A stretch of DNA of 64,000 nucleotides, taken from Ruditapes philippinarum (taxonomy: Eukaryota). Below the pieces are notes generated by a model that was not told the origin of the DNA, did not search any database, and worked only from the letters and a program-made list of their open reading frames with translations. Location: positions 310,001-374,000 of the forward strand of contig NW_026866456.1 in the NCBI RefSeq assembly GCF_026571515.1, read 5' to 3'. The translations under genes and the position numbers were made by a program. Below are positions 42,501-54,500 of this stretch, one piece after another. Each line of letters opens with the position of its first letter. The first letter of the stretch is position 1.

Positions 42501-45500
42501 GTCATAACATTTTTCACGACCTCTGTAAATTTTAATTTCCACATGTCCTTGAAATAAGTGGTTTTACTATTTTAATTTTGAAGGATACAATTTGAATAAG
42601 TTTCTATCTCGTCACTTACATGTTATCTCCTCATATAATTCAGTAAGAGTTGATAGGTTACGGAACTAAGGTGATGATCTGATATAACTAATCTAACTGC
42701 TGTAGTGGATTTGGTAAGTTTTAAGTACATGTAGACTGAAAGTGCATTAAGTGTTTTTTTATGTCATTTGCTGTATAAATTGAAGATGTACCGAGTTTGA
42801 TATCTTGATGTAAGATTTTATAGTGTTTGGGTGGAAACTGTCTTTGCTTGTAGTTACGTTCTTGAGGTTTGAATTTTAAGTTTTCAATTCCTGTTAACTT
42901 TTGAATATGAATCTGTTGATTTTGGTACGCAATGGATATTTTAGACATGTTGTCAATGAATGTTGTTCTTCTGGAACTTATACCAAGCTTGAGGCCGTAC
43001 CTTCTACCCATTGTTTTGATGATAACTGCCCAAAATCACAAGCAAAATAAAAGCCAAGTTTAACAAGCATGATGGTTACTCTGTAGACCATTTGATAGTA
43101 CTTCCCCACTTGATTTTGAGAAAATAAGATTGTTTGGTTTAGTAGAACCTGGCTAATACAAACCTTTCTGATCATGAATCCCTTCCTAAACCAAACAAGT
43201 GCTTTGGTCCCCATTGTTTTTAACCCCTGGTTCTGCAAATACACAGATTAACAAAAAAAAAAAGGTTCTAATTTGAAGATTAAGTCTTTGGTTAGGGTAA
43301 GGTCTTTGGTACTGGTAAGTTCTTACTGAACAGGTTTCACTGAGATTGAATAATTCTTATTCTTTTAATCCTAACATGGACTTATGTCAGTCTTTCAATC
43401 TAGGTAGATCCATTAATCATTTCTGGATTTTTTTGAAATTTTGAAAATATGTACTGACTAAAAAGCGAACATTTCAGGTCATGATCTGATTGCCAACTCT
43501 GTGCTGGTTGGTCCTAACTCTGCACTGGTGGCATGGAAAAATTCTGTTGCCGCTAGCGGGCAAACTGTTTTTAAAGAGTCCTATAAGATGCCTAATTTGA
43601 TTTCCCGTTAAATGAAATGCATTTGTATATTTATGCAGTAAAATGCTTAATGATATTACAGTTTTACCGCAGGAAACAAATATATAGGTTTATTTGATGT
43701 TTTCAAAGATTATTTAAGTTAATGGGTGATCATAATGCTTATTAAAAATAATTTTCTACTTTAAACAGATCTTTTACATAATTTGCTTGAAAATGAACCA
43801 AATCAATTTGTTTTTACGTCAATGTTTCTTTGAGATAAAACTTGATTACTTTTTGTTGGAAAGTGTTTTGTGCAAAGCAGGCATGTTGAAAATCGTATTT
43901 TATGACTATAATCCATGTTAATTATTCTTGGGTAAATATTCGAACATACTGTGTTGGTCGTAAATTGTCATAAATTGTTGGTGTTTCAATTTCTTGTTGT
44001 ATCTTAATGTGCCGTATGTATACCTGTAATATTAAATGAATATGTTTCACAGATCGTCAGTGAAATAAGCAAATTTAAGTTTTACGCTATAATTGCAGGC
44101 CATCGCCACTCAGTCCAATATGCAAAGTTTTGCTGTCTGACCGAGTGTTAAACAATAATATTGGCAGCTGCCTGCAGATTCTGTATGCGCAGTTTGACCA
44201 AATCAAGTTAACAACTCTGGTTATGTGAAATATCTGAAATGGACTTCACAGTCCATCCATCAATCAGGATAAAACCAGTCGACATTTTTTAAAATATTGT
44301 TAGTGAAAATTTCAAAATATGTACCGACTGAATTATTAGCAAACAGTGCAGTCCATGATCTGACAGCATGAATTATTGTTTTTAAAATTTTTAAGGTCTG
44401 CAGTACAAAAAGAAATGTGATATTGATTTTAAGAATTAGGGTCTTCAGTACAAATAAAAGCACCTGAAAATGTGATTTATTAGAAGAAAGTGTTATTAAG
44501 CAATTTTTTATTGATTTGGCTTAAAGGACTTATCTGAGGAGTAAATTATGTTACTGGCCAAGTCATCAAAGCAGTACAGAAAACGATTAAAATGTGCCCT
44601 ACCTTATCGCTTTGTTTTATGACAATCCTGGGAATTTTCATAATTTCCAATCTGTAGGCAGTGTCATTGATGTGTTTTGAAAATTTTGTTTTAATTGATT
44701 GAAGATTTTTATCACGAAAATGTGTGTTAGCTTAATATTAATCGGTTTGATTCATCGTATTTTTTCTAAGTGAAATTTTCCCTTTGAAGATTATCATAGA
44801 TTTTTCACTTTTGTTTAAAATGGTGTTTTTGTCCTCTCGCACATGATATTGCTCGGAATAAATAGAGGTGATTTTAAAGAAACCTTGTGGTTTCGGTGTG
44901 TGACATTCGGTTGTGGTTCTGTGTGTGACATTGGATAAATTAGCTGTTGGTGCAGATCCTGTGTGTGACAATGGACAGGTTAGCTCTCGGTGTGGTTCTT
45001 GTGTGTGACAATGGACAGGTTAGCTCTCGGTATGGTTCCTGTGTGTGACATTGGACTGCACAGGCCAGAATACATTTGGACTCGTACACTTGCAACCTAG
45101 AGAAATCATATTAGACTAGCCTAGTGACTTGTACGATATGATTTAACAATCGACTCCTACAAATATATTCCCATATTGTACAATTCAATATTTATTAACA
45201 ATAATGTATAAAGATTGCTATCTATGGGTTGCTATATATATGAATTGTATAATTAATTGTATATATTACATTTTCAAAGAGTAAATAATACCTCCATTCA
45301 GAAAGTCAGATTGTGTGAATAGTGTTAATCAAATGACAGCAGCAAAATGAAACTATGCTTTGAAGGACTTGATTAAACACATAGAAATTGAAAGCATTGT
45401 TCAATGCCGATGATGTGTTAGGTTGTTTTGGTTTCTTTACAGTAAATGCGGTATCATGTGTTACAATGATAGGTATTTATTGAATAGTTACTGTTGCTCG

Positions 45501-48500
45501 GAGGTACACAATGGTTTATCATGAAGATTTACGCCCACTAATACGTAGTTTTTGTCATTGTTTCATCACAGGAGAGAATTAGTGTAAATCATTTAACCTT
45601 GTTGTACTGTAATCAATACAATCTTGAACTTACCTATGTATTTGGGTGTATTTTGGTGTATTAGGGTGTATTGTGGTAGCTAACTTGTTTATTGCTTCAC
45701 ATACTGTTTTCATTTACGGGATTCATACAAAAGTACATTATATGACATTTTTTTGCTATATGATAATTTATCTTAATATATAAAATTGAACTGACCAAAG
45801 CTACAAGTTGAGTTCACACTACAAGGAGTCGAATGCTTTATCCCAATTGAACCACTATTTAATGTCAAACTGTAGGAACTGTTCACGTAATAGGAAGAAA
45901 AAAAATGTGTTTTAATGACAGGGGAGCTTACTATTTAGATTTGTTGCCATATTGGTGCTTTTAGTTGTATTATAAGAAATATAATTATAATAAGGATCGT
46001 AGTTGGTGGAGACATTATTGTTTAGTGGAGACATGACTGTACATGTATAAGAATAACTACACAAGTTTGTTATAGAGAAGTCTGTAGATTTCAAGGTCTC
46101 ATCTATAAAACTTATTTTAAGACCTGTTCACCTTAAATTATAATGTTTATGTATTGTATATTTTCAGGCATCAATTTCATCAGTTTAGAATGTACCATGA
46201 CTTGGAGACATCCGACAAAACCCACAAACTCACAGTATTATGGTATGTAGGTTTTCTTACTGCCTCTAATGGCAATAATGAACTGCCTAACCCAAGCAGT
46301 AATTTCATCACTAAAAAAATCACTGTGGTTCAGATGCACATCATTATATCCATTTGGCTATGCCCTTGTGATATAATTCATTGCACCCAAAGTCCAAACA
46401 GTGATTTTATTAGCGATAAGATTCATAAAAAAGATTCGGGATTATTTCTGGTTTCATACCATCATTTTAAGGCCATTTAGATATAAAAGGATTATTAAAT
46501 GTTACGCTAGATAGCTTGTATTTTGATAGCTTGTATTGTTTAATATGCACAATCAACATGACAAAAATGGTGCCATGTTTGCCTAATTGGAGAAAATGAA
46601 CAAAAAGATATAAATGGCCATAATAAGATGCTAATATCTTGATGCTTGTAAGAGAACTAATATTTGCTTCTTAAATTCAGTCACGACAATTATTATCACA
46701 CTGAGGTGACTGCAGGACTGGCTGGTGTCAAGGTTTCAGAAATTAATTTCATCTTCCAAGGATACTTTTTATTTTCAGAAATGTTAATTGAAATTCCTGC
46801 AGAAATTAATTGAAATCACTCTGAAATTGTTCATAATTATAATAATTATTCTCATGATATTGCTGCTGACTAGGTTATTATTAGAAATGAAATTTGATCT
46901 ATGTCAAGTAGCCCTAGCAATGTTAATAACAGAGCTATGCACAAAGTGTTAGATAGAGTGAGGCATTTGTATATCGCTATGCAGTATGAACAGGCACAGT
47001 CCTGTTGGCTAGAGCCGGTGCTAGGGGGCATGAGGGTTGTTTCACATATTCATTATCCCCCATGTACAGACTCAATCAAACTGATTCTGTGATTTCATGT
47101 AATTTTGTTGCCATTAATACTTCCGGGGGATCACCCTTCTAGATTTTAATATTTTTCTATGCTGATATACAGTAAATCAAACATTGAACTGTTACTAGAA
47201 TTTATACAGGACATGTCAATTACAAAATTTCGGCCAGCTAGGGTACTAGTAATTTTTTTTTTTAAATTTTAAGAAATTTCTTAAATGAAAAGATTATAAA
47301 GTTTGTTTTTTTTTCCACACATTAATATATTAAGTCTGCTCGGCAAATGATCTACCCATAAAACCAAAGCAGACCAATATGAGGTTACGCATGCCTTCCG
47401 ATCATCACATTCATGTCATCTATTTATGGTCTGCACTGTTGGCTGTTCAACCAATACTTAATTTTAAAGTTTTCCCTGAAAGTTATGGATGGTTTTGTCC
47501 AGATAATGAATCATGGACAAGTCCATTAAAGATATTAAACATGGTAATTTAGAGTTAATGTAAGAAAAATTTTAAATGTCACAGGGTCTCACAGGCTTAT
47601 TTTCTGGAGGGTATTCTGTGTCAATAACATTTGAGATCTGACTGTGTAAAATTAATGAGATTCTGGGAAAAGTTCAAATAAGTCATTAATACTGGCTGAA
47701 TACTTGGGGCAAAAATGATTTGACTGTGCGACAAGTTTAAAGCCAGATCCAACAGCACAGAATTAATCCAGTTTGCTGTCTGTCCTAAGGTTCTAGTGTA
47801 TTTTCGCTAGCTTTTGAGATTTCGATACATAAATGTAATACATTTGTAATTACAATTGAGGTATCTCAATTCATTAAGAAGGGCAATTTAGTTTAAACAA
47901 AATTGTGCAATAATTTTAACCCTTTAAACAGTTTGACTATCTAATGGATTTGCTGTATTTCTAGTTCTGAAAAGTCTATATCAAGTTTTAGGGAATTTCT
48001 GTATGAAGTCACCAACAGTATAGAGCCTAATATCAGACTCTGCACTGATGTGAAGGCATGTCTGTCTCTATCTGATCACTTTCTGTTCCAGCAGGTCAAG
48101 GGTTTAAAAAAAAATTAGACACCATCCTTTATGGTATATCTGTTATATCCTGTGTGATCAATGTTTGATATCATTTTCAAACTACAGAGCGTAACATCTG
48201 ATACTAGGTTTAATGATTTAAATAAAGAAGTTGATAGCATATCAAATGTCAATGTTTCTTGATATTAATGTTATTTAAACCCTGTCTCTTCAATCTGTCA
48301 ACATCCATTTGTACTTATTTTAGTGATATTTTTAAGTAACCTTTTATTATGTGAGATGAGAGAAGGTGGGTTGTACTGTACATAAAAACAGATGTTATTC
48401 TAGGCATGTTTCATAAACTTGCTTTAAAGATTAAAACAGGCATTATTAGTAACCAAATTGGTGGTAAAACTCATGTTTTAGTAGATTGTATAAAATACCA

Positions 48501-51500
48501 GGAGCTTGTAAAATATAAAGACTCTGATACTCTACTGATTAAAAAGAATGATGCAACTATTGAGATCTTAAAATACATGACTTGTATAAAGGGACTCCAC
48601 TGAGGTTTTTTGACATAACCAACATTAAAATAAATTTTCGAGATTAATGTTGCAATGAGCTTGATTTTTTTTGGAAAATTTGTAGCCTATTTGAAACACA
48701 ATAACGTCTTCTCCTTGAAACTAACCCAAACTGGTGTGATATGAGGAAACTTAATCATTGCAAGACCAGTAGGCCTTGGTTGAGAGGCAGACACATTGAT
48801 AATTAGGACTTAGCCACTGCTCCCTATATTCTTTGCCTGTTTGCCTATATTCTTTGCCAACTTTCCTTGATCCTTTGCCTGCTTCCCTTGATTCCTTGCC
48901 TGCTTCCATGGATTCCTTGCCTGATTCCATTGATTCCTTGCCTGATTCCATTGATTCCTTGCCTGATTCCATTGATTCCTTGCCTGATTCCATTGATTCC
49001 TTGCCTGATTCCATTGATTCCTTGCCTGATTCTGATTCCATTGATTCCTTGCCTGATTCCATTGATTCTTTGCCTGATTCCATTGATTCCTTGCCTGATT
49101 CTGATTCCATTGATTCCTTGCCTGCTTCCATGGATTCCTTGCCTGATTCCATTGATTCCTTGCCTGATTCCATTGATTCCTTGCCTGCTTCCATGGATTC
49201 CTTGCCTGATTCCATTGATTCCTTGCCTGATTCCATTGATTCCTTGCCTGATTCCATTGATTCCTTGCCTGATTCTGATTCCATTGATTCCTTGCCTGAT
49301 TCCATTGATTCTTTGCCTGATTCCATTGATTCTTTGCCTGATTCCATTGATCCATTGCCTGCTGGCAGTGCAGACCAAGATCAGCTTGCTTACCAGTGCC
49401 AGTGCCACCTGGTCTGCACTTCATTTTTTAGTGAGTGCATAATTTGAATTTTCCCTTAAAACTGATGAATGGAGTAGTTCAGATTGAAAGCGGACAAGTC
49501 CATTAATTTTGATATATTTAGTGTTTTAAGGGTAAATAATATGTTTACGGGGCCTGTAAATAGCAAACAGGATCTCTTGACAGAAATCGGTCATGCAAGC
49601 ATGTAATCAGGTGCAATATAATATAAACAGATGTGATTATGCCATGAACAACATCCTTATATTATAGCCAAATGTGTAATTATTAATATTATTCAGAAAT
49701 TGAGAGGTTTGACATTTTCTGGGCACATAAATTTTTATCTTTCCATATTTCTTTTTCTGCCTATAATTTACATAATGCAGTAAGGTCTTGCTGTTTTTTT
49801 ATCTTCTCATTCGCCTGTTTCTACGAGGGTATTAATGGCACTTAAATCTGGTAATATAAGATGGACGGTTTCCGGTGAACTATTAGAACAAGAGACGTGG
49901 CTGTTTGCGTGTGCACGTATAATAGGCATTTATCAAAGCAACTGCGGTAGCTGTAAATCTTTATTGATTTGTATTAATACAAGGAATTATATCTCTATCA
50001 CAGAAAAAAACAACAAAACAACAATAACAACAGCAAGAAATAGCATTATAATCAAAGCTTAGAGAAAATGGAATTCTCGCCATTTAAATTTTTTATACTG
50101 GCATTTCAATTATTGTTTTTTCTTTTGAATCTTGTGAAATTGAAAAGGAAATTAAAAAAAAATATGATTTTGCAGGTTTTTCTTCTAATGCTTTGAAAGT
50201 AGATCAATAGAGATGCATGTTTTACCTGGGATTATTCATTGAGAAAAATGTATCATTTACATTTATTATATTAAGTTTGTTTGTGTAGGAAGCTATAACC
50301 CTATAGACACACTCTTGAATCTGTCCCTTAAGAACCAAACATAAATGTAAAGTTTCTTGCTTAAGGAAACAGAAAGTTGCCCTTGACAAGGTTTGAACCC
50401 ACAGACACTAGTTAGACTGACAGGTTAACCACTCGGCCATGCAGCTACTTTCACATTTGTAAAACATAGTTTTATTACCTTGACGATGTTTGTACCAGGT
50501 TTTAATTTAGACATAAAACTTATGTAAATAAGAGGTGATATAGTCATTTTGCTAAAATGTTTGGTTATATAATAGCTGAGAAAAAGGAAGTACTGAGTCA
50601 GAATGATTTTTACTATTATAATGAATTTTACATACTTAAAATGGTGAACATATCATCAGTGCCCTATAAAACATACCTATATTCATCATATTATTTTCAA
50701 CCCATATCTAAAGCAGTCTTTGTCATTTTGTTCTCTGGGAATATACAGAATTCTCTTTTCTCTTTTGTGTATAATTATGTCTGTGGCAGTTAAAGGAGAG
50801 CCATAAACAGCCCGTTTGCTAATTGAGTTGGGCTCGGAAAAAGGTTTTTAAAGATATTGGGAAAAGATAAAAATCTAATCATTCAAGCATTCCAATCATC
50901 AGATGAAATTTAAACAGACCACAATTTTTTTATTGTTAATCAAGTTGCACAAGTCAAGATTTTGATTATGTAACTTCCTTCTTAATTTCTCAACTGTTTT
51001 TAACTGACTGGAATAGTTGAATAATGGAAGGGAGATAACCAGGGCTTTTAAGTAAGATTTAAGAGTAATTAAATTTGAATGGATATATTTTCCGGATGAA
51101 TATTTGGAAAAGACTGTATCAATCTCCAACATTTCCAATGGGATAGGGAATGTCAATATTTTTATTATAAATTCCTTATTTTTTTCTAAAACAACTATTT
51201 TAGGTATAAGCCAGTAATCAGTGCTTGGACCTAAAATTTTTAGCCTTTGCCACTAGTATTGAGCCAGGCCAGCCTGTACATCTGTGTAGTCTAACCTGAC
51301 TATATATTGTTGAATGACCAACTTCAAAATTGTGATATCCCCAAAATTGGTAATGGACCGTACCAAAAGTGGAGGTTAGACAAGTCCATTTTAGACATTT
51401 AGGGGAATAAAGGGTTTAAAAAAGAAGATTATTTCTTTTAAGGGTTGAAGGCCTTGTTTGAAGTATGATAACATTATTTTTTTGTATATATTTCAGTTTA

Positions 51501-54500
51501 CGTATTCAGTCACTGGTCTATTTGAAGTTATATATGCTGAAGAAGAATGAAACAGTGAAGTTGAAACGTATATTAGAGGATCATAATAATAAGGTAGGAT
51601 AATAATATAGTGAATGAATTGATAATGTACCTGCTACAGAAAATTGGCAAATTGTTGATGCAGAATTTAGGTAAGTTTGGTTGTATAGGATCCTGTAAGC
51701 TTTGATACTTACTCTAGGATATGTTCCTATAACCAACAAGTACTAAGTCAGTGAGTGTTAACAATGAGTGTAAAGTTTCTTGCTCAAGGAAACAACAGTC
51801 TGTTGCTGAAGGGGTTCAAACCTAATTGGTCTGCAATCTTTAGATTATTAGTCTGCAGGAATGTGGCCTAGAAAAGAGTGTGTAGCCAAACATAAAAATA
51901 TTAGCCTCCTTATTCATTAAAGCTTGATAACAAACTCATGGTACATAAAAAAATGTTAGTTTGGTGCAAAATTGCCACAAGTCAATGACCTCAAATATAC
52001 TGTTGCTGCAGTGTTGAATTAAAGGACATACATTTTTATTACTGGTACTTCCTGAACATATACAAAAGGCAAAATTTTTATGTTTAATGTATCATAATTA
52101 TACTTGAGACTGTATCATGATTAAACAACCGTGGAGATGTATCACACAGAAAATGTTCAAGTCTATCTGTAGCAGGGATTTGAACCCAAAGTGGTTGGGA
52201 CCAAGTGGTTATAAATTAATGACTGTAACCAGTTGGCCCTGGAGGCCACTAATATATATTATTTACTGAGGACCATGAAATAGAAGTTTATTATAACCTT
52301 GTTTGTTATTGTAGAGTGTAAAGTCTAGTTCTCAACCGAAAGCACCGTCCGCCCCATCTCCTCACCAGTCTAGCTGGAATCGGTCAACCGGAACCCCGTC
52401 ACCTATGTCACCAACACCATCTCCTGCCAATAGTGTCTGCTCAGTTGGATCAGTGGTAAGCCCGTTTAATAAATTTGTTTCGGTTGCTATATTAATACCT
52501 CAATGAAATGTCTCGATAACATACCTTTAATGAATCTTTACTTTTAAATTGTATGGGTACAAGTTTTCCGGCATTTGCATGAAGTTGAAAAAAAATTATA
52601 CTCCTTAAAGCACTTTTTATATATAATATCAAAGTTAGAGCTTTTGGTAGTCGAATTTTAAACTTGACGTAAAAACTTACATATGTGACTTATGACCATG
52701 ATTTTGTTAGTTCCATAGCAACATTTTCGATCCATGTTAAAACGAAATCATTTCAAGTTATTTCCAAAATTAAACTGATATTGCATTTTAATCCCAATGA
52801 TAAACTAATAGCATTAGTAATATAGGCTGTTTTTTCCACAAACATAAAATTATTTCTAACCGTTGCATTTTTACAACATGGGTCAGAGTTTATAATAAGT
52901 GATAACAATACGAATAGGGGATTAATCTTCTTTAATAAATTTTAATGTTATATATATTTTGGGGTTTTGTTCTCACGAGTACCGCAATAGGCACTGTAAT
53001 TCCTTAAGCTGTGTTTATTTGAAGACCAATACGGCAATTTACAATAGTAACGATTAAAAGCATTTTATCACACATTTTAATCGCAAAAAAGGCTGTTTTG
53101 AACACACGGCTGTGTAATTAACACCTGTCACACAAGTTGATTGGAAATCGTCTTCGCAGCCAGATAAGGTGTGAAAAATGTCTCGAGATCGACGGTGTCA
53201 AAATAATCGAACAACTTCGACTTATTTGTGGTAAATTGCACTAGATTTACTTAACACGGACCACGAAAAAACTTCGACACATCGAAAAATTCGACACATA
53301 AAATCTCGACTCATAAATAGGTTTTTATAAGGAATATATAAGGGGAAAAGTCGGGACTTTAATTTTTCTTCGACACATCGAGAAAATCGACTAATCGAAG
53401 TTCGACTCATAGAAGTTCTACTGTATATATAAAAACAATGTAAATGATGCTAAATTCAGGGTATTCAGGTTTTCTGATATTTTTAACTTGTATCCGTGAA
53501 AATCTGAATTAATGTTTACTTAATGACCAGTGGCACTTTTTTTAGTTCAACAAAAGCCAAGATCCAAGATCGTGTAAAAGATTTTCCGATTAAAAACTAT
53601 ATATTGCTTTTCAGGGCAGTGACGCAACCCCTTCTAAGATATCTAACGGTAGCAGTGGTCAGGGTCAGATAGCTCCGCCAGGCTCGGTTATTGTTCCCCA
53701 GCGGATACATTCCATCACACAGAAGTATTTCTCCAACACGTGCTATCTTATACAGGCACATGAACTGTGGGATCAGGCCACGTCTAATATAATAAGTGAT
53801 AACAGAGGTAAGTTGCGCAGATTGTTGGGATTTTTTTTTAATGATTCTGTCTTAAAATGATAAATAAAGAAATGTTTAAAGTGTCCATATATATTATTTT
53901 GTGTAAATTTTGTTCTGACGAAGTTACAAGCCAAATTAGGCACTAGTATCCAAATTCTTATCTGAATAGGAGGCAAATGCCTGCAGTAACAAACATACTT
54001 ATTTGAGAAGAAAACAAGTTGATGTTTACATCAGTTTCACACATATTTGTTAAAGCTTGCTTGTAAAACAAAGTCTTGCAACTTATATTAATCACTTTCA
54101 AGTCCGCATCCAGGAACTTACCAGTACTGGTGTCATTTGTAGGATCATGGTCATGACTGTAGATGGACTCGAACCCATGCTCCCAGGGTTGATAGGCAGA
54201 CACTGTAACCACTCCCCTCAATATGTTTACTTTGTTATAATTCTTCTGGATTTCAATAATCAAACTGTGTCATGGATGACTTGGCTGTATTTCTATTTAA
54301 TTCATTGAATACTAGAAACGTTAAAGACTTTAGAAGACCAAAGTTGAGATAGGTTGTGGCTGCACATCCTGCCCAGTTTGATCAGGCATTGTACTGATGG
54401 TTACTGACATAACATATTCTTAAGTTAACCATGGACATAATTATTTCGAAGTTCAAAGCATTTCACGGCCATGTCACATATTGAAATGAAGTAAATGTAA

